Of a DNA stretch of 64,000 nt, positions 1-9,276 are shown one piece after another. Source of the DNA: Eubacteriales bacterium (GTDB lineage Bacteria; Bacillota; Clostridia; Oscillospirales; SIG627); assembly GCA_045536965.1 (NCBI GenBank), contig JAZSON010000019.1, positions 7,393 through 71,392 on the forward strand, written 5' to 3'. Position 1 is the stretch's first letter, and every line of letters begins with the position of its first letter. Both the position numbers and the translations under genes were made by a program. The notes beneath the pieces were generated by a model. The model had not been told where the DNA came from. It saw only the letters and a program-made list of their open reading frames with translations, and made no database searches.

Positions 1-16
1 GCAGGAGGAAACTGAA

Positions 17-478
17 ATGCACGATCAAGCATCTGTTAAAAGGCACTTTAATATCATCGATTTTTTGGTACTCGTCTTTTTGGCAGCCACTGTGTTGACC
101 CTGATTTTACGCAGCAATCTCTCGGTCGATATATTCTCCACCGACAAAGAAACCACGGTGGAATTACAAATCGAAGTAATCGCCGCCCCCCCTCTCCATG
201 ATACACTTACTCCGGGTACCACCATACTTCTTGCAGAAAACGGCAAAACCTTCGCCACCGTCAAGAATGCATCCTCCCGCATTGCGGTATCAACCGAGGA
301 AAACCACGATGAACTTTATAAGGTGGTATATACACTCACCGCTTCGGGTACCGTCGGTACAAAGGGGTATGTAATTTCCGAAAACATCCCCGTTTCCAAC
401 AATGAAACATTCACCTGCAAAACCAATTTGGCCGGTTCTTTTGATGCTTTGGTTTTAGCGCTCTCCTCCCTCTCGTAA
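17..478 (+). CDS. Membrane-anchored hypothetical protein, DUF4330-like
   Basis: RBS GGAGGA upstream. N-terminal FNIIDFLVLVFLAA hydrophobic segment followed by a beta-rich soluble part. Confidence 0.5.
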   Translation: MHDQASVKRHFNIIDFLVLVFLAATVLTLILRSNLSVDIFSTDKETTVELQIEVIAAPPLHDTLTPGTTILLAENGKTFATVKNASSRIAVSTEENHDELYKVVYTLTASGTVGTKGYVISENIPVSNNETFTCKTNLAGSFDALVLALSSLS

Positions 479-540
479 TCAAAATACAGCCCTTGATTTT
501 ATCCGATAAGATTCCAAGTAACATAAAGGAGAATTTTTCG

Positions 541-2184
541 ATGATAGAATTTCACTTGCAATCCGCTTTGGAAAAAGTTTTTGTGACCAAAAATGAATTC
601 AAATCCGAATACATTGCCGCCACTGCTTTGCGCGGAGAAGAATTTTCTTTTCAAATTGCCTTTAAATCAACTGAAATCCGCCTGCGCGAATGCAAGGTAG
701 AGGTTGTATCCGATCTGAAAAAACATATCTCGCTCTTCCGCGTGGATAACGTACCCGCCCTCAACCCCATCAACACCGATGCGCAAGATGATAATTATTT
801 GACCAAAGAACCCGGATTGATCCCCGATGTTCTTTCTCCCCTCGCGCCCGCCGACCCCATTTTCGCCTACCCCTACGCTTGGTGTTCGCTTTGGGTTACC
901 GTTAAGATTCCAAAAACCGCACGCAAGGGCAAACATAAAATCCGCCTTGTCTTTGAAAACACAGATTTTTCCTACCGCGAAGAAAAAGTGTTTACCTTGA
1001 CCGTCATTTCTGCGGTCCTGCCCAAACAAAAGACCATTGTGACCCAATGGTTTCACTGCGACGGCATTGCACAGTATTATAATCAAAAAATGTTTTCTCC
1101 TCAAAATTGGAAATATATTGAAAACTTTATAAAAACAGCGACCGAGCATGGCATCAACATGATCCTGACCCCTATATTCACTCCAGCATTGGACACAAAA
1201 ATAGGTCATGAGCGCGCCACTTGCCAGCTTGTGGGCATCACAAAGAACACCGACAACACATATTCTTTTGATTATACACTCCTTGACCGCTGGGTTCGCT
1301 TGTGCTTAAAGCACGGGGTCGAATACTTCGAAATGGCCCATCTTTTCTCCCAATGGGGCGCCGCCTGCGCTCCCAAGATCATGGCAACCTATGAAGGGAA
1401 CTATCAGCGTATTTTCGGTTGGGATACCGCATCGGATTCTGATGAGTACCTCGGATTTTTAGACGCTTTCCTCCCCTCTCTTTGCGATCATCTCAAACAA
1501 CTCGGTATCGATGAAAAGGTGTATTTCCATTTGTCGGACGAACCCCACATCGAACATTTGGAGCGTTTTTTGCGTCTTAAAAAACACACCTCGCCCCTGC
1601 TTGAAGGTTTTAAGACCATGGATGCTTTATCCAACATTGAGTTTTTCAAGGATGGTGTCGTATCCACCCCCGTTCCCGCTCTCAACCATATCGATCCCTT
1701 TCTCGAGTCAAAGGTGTCCAATCTTTGGACATATTACTGCTGCAGCCAATCGGTAGATGTATCCAACCGCTTCTTGGCCATGCCGTCTGCCCGCAACCGT
1801 GTACTGGGTGCGCAGTTATATAAATTTGACATTGTCGGATTTTTGCAATGGGGCTATAATTTCTACAATTCCCGCCTTTCCGTTCACCCCGTCAATCCCT
1901 ATCTGGTTACCGACTGCATGGGCGCTTTCCCCGCGGGAGATCCCTTTTCGGTTTACCCCGCCGCCGACGGAACAGCCATCCCCTCCCTTCGCATCAAAGT
2001 CTTTTTCTACGGATTACAGGATTTACGCGCCCTTTCTCTGTTAGAGGAATTTGAAGGCAAGGAAGCCGTCATCAAACTTTTGGAAGAATATGGTATCATT
2101 TCTTTCACCGACTATCCCAAAACAAGCGAGGCGATTCTCTCCCTGCGAGAAGAAATCAACCGCCGCATCGCCTCTCATATCTGA
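541..2184 (+). CDS. DUF4091-domain putative glycoside hydrolase (GH123-like)
   Basis: AAGGAG RBS before ATG 541. Has FHLSDEP acidic pair, WTYYCC, GFLQWGYNFY, FPAGDPFSVYP and SLR...GLQD motifs. Confidence 0.7.
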   Translation: MIEFHLQSALEKVFVTKNEFKSEYIAATALRGEEFSFQIAFKSTEIRLRECKVEVVSDLKKHISLFRVDNVPALNPINTDAQDDNYLTKEPGLIPDVLSPLAPADPIFAYPYAWCSLWVTVKIPKTARKGKHKIRLVFENTDFSYREEKVFTLTVISAVLPKQKTIVTQWFHCDGIAQYYNQKMFSPQNWKYIENFIKTATEHGINMILTPIFTPALDTKIGHERATCQLVGITKNTDNTYSFDYTLLDRWVRLCLKHGVEYFEMAHLFSQWGAACAPKIMATYEGNYQRIFGWDTASDSDEYLGFLDAFLPSLCDHLKQLGIDEKVYFHLSDEPHIEHLERFLRLKKHTSPLLEGFKTMDALSNIEFFKDGVVSTPVPALNHIDPFLESKVSNLWTYYCCSQSVDVSNRFLAMPSARNRVLGAQLYKFDIVGFLQWGYNFYNSRLSVHPVNPYLVTDCMGAFPAGDPFSVYPAADGTAIPSLRIKVFFYGLQDLRALSLLEEFEGKEAVIKLLEEYGIISFTDYPKTSEAILSLREEINRRIASHI

Positions 2185-2196
2185 CACTAAACAAAT

Positions 2197-2221
2197 AACC
2201 TGCCTCAGAGGCAGGTTTTTT
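2197..2221 (+). terminator. Intrinsic terminator between convergent genes
   Basis: AACCTGCCT-cag-AGGCAGGTT followed by a T tract. Confidence 0.75.
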
Positions 2222-2238
2222 ATCATTTATTTGATTTT

Positions 2239-3651
2239 TTATTGTACGATGTTTTGAATCCATATTCCCGATTTCACAAGACAAAATGCGATGAAAGCCT
2301 TGATGACCTCAACCAGCTGCACACAAAGGAAAATCGGAACAATCGGCAACGATGTAAAGGTTGCCAGTAAATAAGCAATGGGAAAAGCCACACACCACAC
2401 AAACCCCACATCAAACGTAAAAGTAAGCATGGTTTTGCCACCTGAGCGCATGGCAAAATAACTGCCGTGCATCATAGCAATAAAAGGCATCATGCAGGAA
2501 ACCACATATAAAAGTTTGGTCGCCATGCTTTTTACCTCGTCACTCGTTTCATAAATAAGCGGCACATAGGGGGCAACCAGTGCCATGATCCCGCCCAAAA
2601 TCGTGCAAAGCGTTACCGAAAGAGTTAACAACCGCCATACCGAAACACGCGCTTCTTGGATTTTATTTGCGCCGAGCAGATGCCCGATAAAGATACCGAT
2701 AGCACTTCCCATGGAGATCATGACAACATTGAACAGGTTGTTTACCGTACCCGAAATATTGGTCGCCGCAACAACGTCCAAGCCTCGTTTGGCATAACAA
2801 AGCATAATGGCCGCCATGCCGCTTGACCACAATATCTCATTGACCATAACCGGTGTCCCTCTTCTGACGATGCCAAGCGCCAACTCTTTGGGAACCTTAA
2901 TCGATTTATAAGCGCCCTTGATAAAAGGGCATTTGTGTGATTGTGTATGTACATAAGTGATGATGATACCCGCCTCAACAAAACGGGAAACCACCGTAGC
3001 AATCGCGGCACCCGCCGTCCCCAAAGGAGCAAACGGCAAGAAGGAGAAGCCTTCGTTACCGAAAATAAAGACATAGTTTAAGAACAAGTTGACCAGAATG
3101 GCCGACACACTGGCAATCATGGGCACCTTGGTTTTCCCCATTTCGGAAAGCGTGCTGCCATAGACTTGGGAGAGGGCGAATGCAGGAATACCGATGAGCA
3201 TGATGTCAAGATACTCGATTGCAAATCCCATCGTGCTTGCCGCATCTTGCGCCGAGGTGTCATCGGCCAAATACATAGAAATAAGAGATTCGGAAAAACC
3301 GAGAAACACCACAAAAGCCACCGTCAAGCAGAAAAAGCCAATATAAAGCTTTGCCCTGAAACAGTTCCGAACACCCCGCACATCACCGAGGCCGACATAT
3401 TGGGCGGAAAAAATGCCTGCGCCCGAATAGCCGCCGAAAATAGCCAGATAAAATACGGTAAGGAGTTGGTTGACAATGGCAACGGCCGACATTTGCAGGG
3501 TGCCGATCGTACCGACCATAATATTATCCAGAAGACTGACTATATTGGTAATGGCATTTTGAATGACAAGGGGCAGCAATATGGCAAATACCCGAGCATA
3601 AAACGCCTTATCGCCCATGGTATAATATTTCGCCTTTTGTAAAACAGTCAT
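2239..3651 (-). CDS. MATE family efflux transporter
   Basis: About 12 hydrophobic segments, with LDNIMVG, N.FLNYVFIFG, GTAGAAIAT and RSGG MATE motifs. Start is uncertain (3651 vs 3699). Confidence 0.9.
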   Translation of the reverse strand: MTVLQKAKYYTMGDKAFYARVFAILLPLVIQNAITNIVSLLDNIMVGTIGTLQMSAVAIVNQLLTVFYLAIFGGYSGAGIFSAQYVGLGDVRGVRNCFRAKLYIGFFCLTVAFVVFLGFSESLISMYLADDTSAQDAASTMGFAIEYLDIMLIGIPAFALSQVYGSTLSEMGKTKVPMIASVSAILVNLFLNYVFIFGNEGFSFLPFAPLGTAGAAIATVVSRFVEAGIIITYVHTQSHKCPFIKGAYKSIKVPKELALGIVRRGTPVMVNEILWSSGMAAIMLCYAKRGLDVVAATNISGTVNNLFNVVMISMGSAIGIFIGHLLGANKIQEARVSVWRLLTLSVTLCTILGGIMALVAPYVPLIYETSDEVKSMATKLLYVVSCMMPFIAMMHGSYFAMRSGGKTMLTFTFDVGFVWCVAFPIAYLLATFTSLPIVPIFLCVQLVEVIKAFIAFCLVKSGIWIQNIVQ

Positions 3652-3677
3652 AGTTAAAACCCTTTTTATAATTTTGG

Positions 3678-3716
3678 AAAAAAGACAGGCGGTTTGCATA
3701 TTGGTGCAACCCGCCT
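3678..3716 (-). terminator. Probable terminator after pcrA
   Basis: Minus strand AGGCGGGTTGCA-loop-TGCAAACCGCCT followed by GTCTTTTTT. Confidence 0.55.
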
Positions 3717-3727
3717 ACACTTTACGT

Positions 3728-6121
3728 TCATTCGGATTTTTCGGGATGGCGCAGTTTGGCGTAGGTTCCCATCATTTTCTTGGTGCCCACCTTTTCAAAG
3801 GTTACTTCATACAAGGTATCACCCGCCAGTTTCTTGACAGACTTGATCACGCCGAGGCCGAAGATATCATGCAGTACCTCTTCGCCCACCTGAAAACCAT
3901 GCGGGTTGTGTTTGCGCAAAAATTCTTCTTCACGCTCGGCATTTCTCTTTTTGGTGATTTCCTCAATCGCCTTGCTTGCAGCCGCTTGATAATCGGTGCC
4001 GCCCAAGCTGATACGCTTATACATACTCGCTGTGGTGCAGTCAATCAATTCCTGCGGCAATTCTTCCACAAAACGAGAAACACGATTGCTGGAAGTGCGT
4101 CCGTAAATCAGACGCTCACGGGTATAGGTCAAAATAAGCTGCCGTTTTGCACGGGTCACAGCAACATAGGCAAGCCGTCTTTCCTCTTCGATCTCTTCGT
4201 CGCTCAGTTGAGAAAGCACCGAGGGGAAAACATTTTCTTCCATTCCCGGCAAAAAGACCACGGGGAATTCAAGTCCTTTGGAGCTATGCATGGTCATCAA
4301 AACCACAGCACCTGCCTCGGGATCATAATTGTCAATATCGGCCACAAGCGCATTTTCTTCCAAATAGTCAGCCAAGGTTGCATCGGGATTGCTTTCCGAA
4401 AAGGCCACCGCGTTGGAAACCAACTCGTTGACATTGGCGATGCGGTCTTTTTCATCCTCGGTAGAACGAAGGAGCATATCCATGTAGCCGCTTCTTTCAA
4501 TCACGGCGGTAAAGAGGGCAGGCAACGCTTCGTTTTTCGCTACCTCCTGCAATTCTGTGATCAATTCATAAAAGGCAACCAGTTTGGATGCCGTTTTGGA
4601 AAGTTCCGGATAAGAGGCGGCGTCGCGAATAATATCGAAAGCGGAGGTGTTATTTGTTGCGGCAAGACGCATCACTGTTTCAATCGTCACCGCACCGATA
4701 TTTCTCTTGGGAAGATTGATAATTCTTTCCAACCGCACCATGTCACGCGGGTTATTTACGACCGCCAAATATGCATGGATGTCTTTAATTTCCCTTCTGT
4801 CGTTAAAGCGCGTTCCGCCGAGCAATCGATGGGGCAGAGCACTGCGGGTGAATACGTTTTCGAGTACATTGGACTGGGCGTTGGAACGGTAAAGGACGGC
4901 AAAATCGTTGTAGCTATATCCATCATCTCTTACCATACGCTGAATGGTATCGGCCAGATAACGGGCTTCCATTTCCTGATTTTCCAGTTCTCGCAAAACA
5001 ATTTTATCGCCGTGATCGCCTGCAGTCCAAAGTTTTTTTCCTTTACGCCCTCTGTTGTGGGCAATAAGTCCGTTGGCGGCGTTCAAAATGGTTGCGGTGG
5101 AACGATAGTTCTGCTCAAGAAGCACAGTCACGGCATCGGGATACTGCTTGTCAAAGCTCAAAATATTTTCAACCGTTGCGCCGCGGAATTTATAAATACT
5201 TTGATCGTCATCTCCCACGACCATAATGTTCTTATATCCGTCGCCCAAAAGGCGCAAGAGAACAAATTGCGCGTAGTTGGTATCCTGATACTCGTCAACC
5301 AAAATGTACTGAAATTGCTTGCGGCACATTTCTCTGACCTCATCGCATTCTTGCAAAATCCGAATGGTCAAAACGATGATATCGTCAAAATCAAGCGCAT
5401 TGGCCTCTGAAAGACGCTTTTGGTACAGACGATAGAGCTGCGCCATTTTCTGTTTTTTGAAATCTTCTCCCGCCTCAGCCTCCATGTCTTCTACGCTGCA
5501 AAGACGGTTTTTATATCCCGAAATGACATGCAACACACTGCGAGGCACGAAAACCTTTTGATCCAGCTCCAGATCGCTGATGCAGTCGGTGATCACTTTT
5601 TTGCTGTCTTCGGTGTCATAGATGGTGAATTGAGAATCAAAGCCGATACGCTGAATATAACGGTGAAGCAAACGAACGCAGACAGAATGGAAGGTGCCTG
5701 ACCAAATATCGGCGGCAGATTCTCCCAGCTCCGCTTTCAAGCGTTCTTTCATTTCGTTGGCCGCTTTTTTGGTAAAGGTGATCGACAAAATACCCGAAGG
5801 AGGACAGGGATCGACGGCAAATTGCTTGAGTACGGGAAGCAATCCTTCAGGCGGACAATCCTTTGCCGTCTTTGCAAATTGTTCCAGCGCTTCGATCTGC
5901 CCCGAAGAAAGGGCAGGAGCCGTCCCGCGCAAAGCATCTCCAAAGCGGATAATATGGGCGATACGCTTGACAAGCACCGTTGTTTTGCCGCTACCTGCAC
6001 CCGCAAGGACAAGCAACGGACCGCGCACCGTCGTAACCGCTTTGCGCTGCATATCGTTTAAGTTTTTATAATAGGCATCAAATAAAGCCTGCCTTACAGC
6101 ATCCAATCTCTCCAAAGCCAA
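3728..6121 (-). CDS. pcrA: ATP-dependent DNA helicase PcrA/UvrD
   Basis: LAGAGSGKT, VDEYQDTN, GDDDQSIY, EQNYRST, HSSKGLEF and EERRLAYVAVTRAK motifs, plus a C-terminal Tudor-like domain. TTG start with GGAGG RBS. Confidence 0.95.
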   Translation of the reverse strand: MALERLDAVRQALFDAYYKNLNDMQRKAVTTVRGPLLVLAGAGSGKTTVLVKRIAHIIRFGDALRGTAPALSSGQIEALEQFAKTAKDCPPEGLLPVLKQFAVDPCPPSGILSITFTKKAANEMKERLKAELGESAADIWSGTFHSVCVRLLHRYIQRIGFDSQFTIYDTEDSKKVITDCISDLELDQKVFVPRSVLHVISGYKNRLCSVEDMEAEAGEDFKKQKMAQLYRLYQKRLSEANALDFDDIIVLTIRILQECDEVREMCRKQFQYILVDEYQDTNYAQFVLLRLLGDGYKNIMVVGDDDQSIYKFRGATVENILSFDKQYPDAVTVLLEQNYRSTATILNAANGLIAHNRGRKGKKLWTAGDHGDKIVLRELENQEMEARYLADTIQRMVRDDGYSYNDFAVLYRSNAQSNVLENVFTRSALPHRLLGGTRFNDRREIKDIHAYLAVVNNPRDMVRLERIINLPKRNIGAVTIETVMRLAATNNTSAFDIIRDAASYPELSKTASKLVAFYELITELQEVAKNEALPALFTAVIERSGYMDMLLRSTEDEKDRIANVNELVSNAVAFSESNPDATLADYLEENALVADIDNYDPEAGAVVLMTMHSSKGLEFPVVFLPGMEENVFPSVLSQLSDEEIEEERRLAYVAVTRAKRQLILTYTRERLIYGRTSSNRVSRFVEELPQELIDCTTASMYKRISLGGTDYQAAASKAIEEITKKRNAEREEEFLRKHNPHGFQVGEEVLHDIFGLGVIKSVKKLAGDTLYEVTFEKVGTKKMMGTYAKLRHPEKSE

Positions 6122-6283
6122 CCTCCGTCATTTTGGAAACGTTCGTGGTAACAACTACCATTTTCGGCTTATATTATACTCTTTTTTTGTCATTTTGTAA
6201 AGAGGGAAGTCGACGGTTTATAGCAATATACATGCATGTTTTTTATCTATCCGACACAATTTGTTTATTTTTTTGATTTCGGC

Positions 6284-6312
6284 TTGACAGTATATGAAAA
6301 CAGTGATAAAAT
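6284..6312 (+). promoter_or_regulatory. Sigma-A promoter
   Basis: TTGACA-17 nt-TAAAAT with TG extended -10. Confidence 0.7.
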
Positions 6313-6355
6313 TTACTTAAATTATCATTAAAAAAGCATGAAAAGGAGCAAAACC

Positions 6356-7441
6356 ATGAAAAAAATGCGCATTGCCATTATCGGCCAAGGCCGAAGCGGT
6401 CGCAACATTCACGGCAAATACTTCCACACCGAACAAGCGAAAGAAAAAATTGAAGTGGTTGCCATCGTTGAAATGAGAGAAGACCGCAGAGAACTCGCCA
6501 AAAAAGAATGGGACTGCGATGTCTACGACGATTACCGCAAGTTGTTCGGCAGAACCGACATTGATTTGGTCGTGAACGCCTCTTACAGCCATATGCATGT
6601 GCCGATCTCCATTGATTTGATGGAACACGGCTTCAATGTTGTTTCCGAAAAACCGATCACCAACAATCTCAAAGATATGGATGCCGTCATGGAATGCCAG
6701 AAGAGAACCGGCAAATACTTCAACATCTTCCAGCAATCCCGTCTTGCTCCTTATTTTACCGAAATTAAAAAAGTGCTCGCATCGGGCGTTCTGGGCGAAA
6801 TTCAGGACATCCACGCCAACTTCAGCGGTTTTTCCCGTCGTTGGGACTGGCAGACCCTGCAATGCTACTGCGCAGGTAACCTCGTCAACACCGGCCCTCA
6901 CCCCATGGATCAGGTGCTCAACCTGATGGATGCTTACGACATCATGCCCGCTATCACCTCCCGTCTTGCCGCTGTGAACGTAGCAGGCGACGGTGAAAGC
7001 TATTCCAATGTCGTCATCCAAGCTCCCGGCAAACCCTGGATTCAGGTGACCATTTCTACTTGTGACGCTTACTCTGACTACACCTACAAAATCCAAGGTT
7101 CCTGCGGTACCCTTTTGGCCACCACCAAAACCGTAAAATACAAATATTTCGATCCCAAAGCAGTTCCCATGCCCGCGCTTGAAAGAGAATCTCTCTCTAA
7201 AGACGGCGAACCCTGCTACTGCTCTGAACCCACTCCCCTGCCTTGGGTAGAAAAAGTCATCGAGTGCACCGGCGATGCCTTTAACACGGCTGTCGGCGGC
7301 TACTACGATATGACCTACAATGCCATTTTCAATGGTGTTGAGCCCGAAATCCAACCCTATCAAGTTCGTCAGCAGGTTGCCATTGAAGAACAGATCTACA
7401 AAGACAACGCCGCTGCTCTTCCCAGAAAATACGAGCTTTAA
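6356..7441 (+). CDS. Gfo/Idh/MocA family oxidoreductase
   Basis: IAIIGQGRSG Rossmann start, SEKP motif and NTGPHPMDQ. AAGGAG RBS. Confidence 0.9.
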   Translation: MKKMRIAIIGQGRSGRNIHGKYFHTEQAKEKIEVVAIVEMREDRRELAKKEWDCDVYDDYRKLFGRTDIDLVVNASYSHMHVPISIDLMEHGFNVVSEKPITNNLKDMDAVMECQKRTGKYFNIFQQSRLAPYFTEIKKVLASGVLGEIQDIHANFSGFSRRWDWQTLQCYCAGNLVNTGPHPMDQVLNLMDAYDIMPAITSRLAAVNVAGDGESYSNVVIQAPGKPWIQVTISTCDAYSDYTYKIQGSCGTLLATTKTVKYKYFDPKAVPMPALERESLSKDGEPCYCSEPTPLPWVEKVIECTGDAFNTAVGGYYDMTYNAIFNGVEPEIQPYQVRQQVAIEEQIYKDNAAALPRKYEL

Positions 7442-7448
7442 TTTTTCA

Positions 7449-7483
7449 AAAAATGTCTCCCGTAATTTGCGGGAGACATTTTT
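7449..7483 (+). terminator. Intrinsic terminator
   Basis: AAAAATGTCTCCCG-loop-CGGGAGACATTTTT. Confidence 0.85.
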
Positions 7484-7639
7484 GCTTTTACGATCCGATG
7501 AAAAGACATCCGATTCACCCTCCAATCGGTTAATTGATCAGACAAATCATCTCATTCATTGTATAACCGACCGTCAAGATGATCGAGCAGTAAAAACCTT
7601 ATGTGATCAGCTTTTTTATGCAAAAAACACCCCAAATGG

Positions 7640-7668
7640 TTGACGTAATTTAAATTGCATGATAGAAT
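7640..7668 (+). promoter_or_regulatory. Sigma-A promoter of the defence cluster, with a palindrome in the spacer
   Basis: TTGACG-17 nt-TAGAAT with TG extension. Spacer contains the perfect palindrome AATTTAAATT. Confidence 0.65.
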
Positions 7669-7707
7669 ATATTGATAAGAATAAATCAAGCGGGAGGGAG
7701 TGGAAAG

Positions 7708-9270
7708 ATGACAAAACGCGACGATTTTTGGACCGATGACAAGCTCTTGCCTGCCTCTCGCCGCCGCGATCTCTCGAGCACCGAAATCACATCAAATACC
7801 ACTTTCCCCGCTCTCCCAATCACACCGTCCCGCACCATGTATGAAAACGGTCTGTTCCACCCGCTTGAGATGGGTGAGGGGGAAAGCACCATGCTGAATC
7901 AAAACAGCCGTATTCTCATTTCTGCCACCGTAAGCTTTCCGGGATATGAAAAAATGGCTTTTCGCGAGTACCGCAAAAAAGCTTTGACCTCCCACAACAC
8001 TTCCCCAAAAGCGGCCGCTCCTTACCGCTCCTTTTACACCGTTATGCCGCGGTATGAATCCCTTGGCAAGGAGCAATTCCACTATTATCTCACTTGGCGC
8101 GACAAGGTCAGGCAGGGGAAATATATTCAGGTCGATTACGGGTATCTGTACCTGTATATTTATGAACTTCTCAATCTAATCGGTGATCTGCCTCCGCAGG
8201 ATGTCCTTTCCGCCCTTTTGTCCCTTTGGAAAGCCTATCGCAAGGATTTCCCCATGCTGGATAGGCAACTCGGGGATTGGTTGTTGGATCTGTGCATCCT
8301 TTGGAAGCTTCCTCTTCCCGCGGAAGATATTTTGGATATTTATTGTACCGGCGAACAAAAAACGCTGCCCCTCTCGGTCGTTTGCGGCGTGGTAGACGGA
8401 TTGCTTTGCGGAAAAATCCCCCTTACGCCCCCGCGCAAGGAACTGCTCTTAAAGCATTTTTGTTCCTATCATTTCCGTCAAAGCCGCTACTATCGAGAGA
8501 ACGGTCGCTTTGCCGAGCGCATGGAAGATCTTATAACAGAGTTGCTTCCCAAAATCATAGCAAGCGGTATTTTGTTGCCGTCTCATTCATCCTCCGCCAT
8601 GAAACTCACGCGCATCGCTTTTTGGGGCACCGTCATTTCGGCTGAAAAACGGCGCGCCATCAAGCTGGAATATTACACCAATTGGGGTGAAGAAACCCTC
8701 TCTTCAGCGCTGGGTGATTGTTTAAAGGTTTTGGATAACGCCCTGCGCACTTCATTCGGCATTCGTTCCCGCCTTTCGGGTATGCATTTGCCCGAAGATA
8801 TCACCAAAATGATTACAAACACGGTGGCAGATGAAGCACCCGTCAAAATCCCCGTCAAAGTCCCCATAAAGCAAAAGAAAGCCGCGGTAGATTTAAAAAT
8901 TGCGCGCAACATGGAAGAATCCGCTTGGGAGACAACCAAACTCTTGACCGCTTATTTGACCGAGGATACCCCCGAAGAAGAAATCATACCCACGATACAG
9001 GCGGAAAAAAAAGCCACTCCCCCCTCTGCCGACAACCGCTTTGCCGTCCTCGACAAAACAGAAGCCAAGGCGCTTTTGCTTTTGGCAAAAAAAGACATCG
9101 CGGCATTGCGACAGCTGGCATTGCAAAATGCACTGTTTCCCGAAGCCCTTGCAGACGCTATCAATGAAAAACTACTCGATTTTTACGGCGAACCCATCTG
9201 TGATGCGCAGGGGGTCTACGACGAATATGCCGATGAAATACTATCATCGGCACCCGATTATGAAAGGTAA
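7708..9270 (+). CDS. TerB_N/TerB_C domain protein, Shango SngA-like
   Basis: PRYESL..EQ..YYLTWR...VDYGYLYLYIYELLN (TerB_N) and LADAINEKLLDFYGEPI (TerB_C). GGAGGGAG RBS. Sits before a DUF2791 ATPase and an Lhr-like helicase. Confidence 0.8.
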   Translation: MTKRDDFWTDDKLLPASRRRDLSSTEITSNTTFPALPITPSRTMYENGLFHPLEMGEGESTMLNQNSRILISATVSFPGYEKMAFREYRKKALTSHNTSPKAAAPYRSFYTVMPRYESLGKEQFHYYLTWRDKVRQGKYIQVDYGYLYLYIYELLNLIGDLPPQDVLSALLSLWKAYRKDFPMLDRQLGDWLLDLCILWKLPLPAEDILDIYCTGEQKTLPLSVVCGVVDGLLCGKIPLTPPRKELLLKHFCSYHFRQSRYYRENGRFAERMEDLITELLPKIIASGILLPSHSSSAMKLTRIAFWGTVISAEKRRAIKLEYYTNWGEETLSSALGDCLKVLDNALRTSFGIRSRLSGMHLPEDITKMITNTVADEAPVKIPVKVPIKQKKAAVDLKIARNMEESAWETTKLLTAYLTEDTPEEEIIPTIQAEKKATPPSADNRFAVLDKTEAKALLLLAKKDIAALRQLALQNALFPEALADAINEKLLDFYGEPICDAQGVYDEYADEILSSAPDYER

Positions 9271-9276
9271 ACCATC

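Noticed and set aside
3674..5410. 578-aa plus-strand ORF
   Set aside because: Antisense shadow of pcrA, with no recognisable motifs or RBS.
6317..7525. 402-aa minus-strand ORF
   Set aside because: Antisense shadow of the codon-biased oxidoreductase gene.
7490..7610. Four GATC sites clustered upstream of the defence promoter
   Set aside because: Irregular spacing, GATC is common throughout the window, and there is no evidence of a methylation switch.
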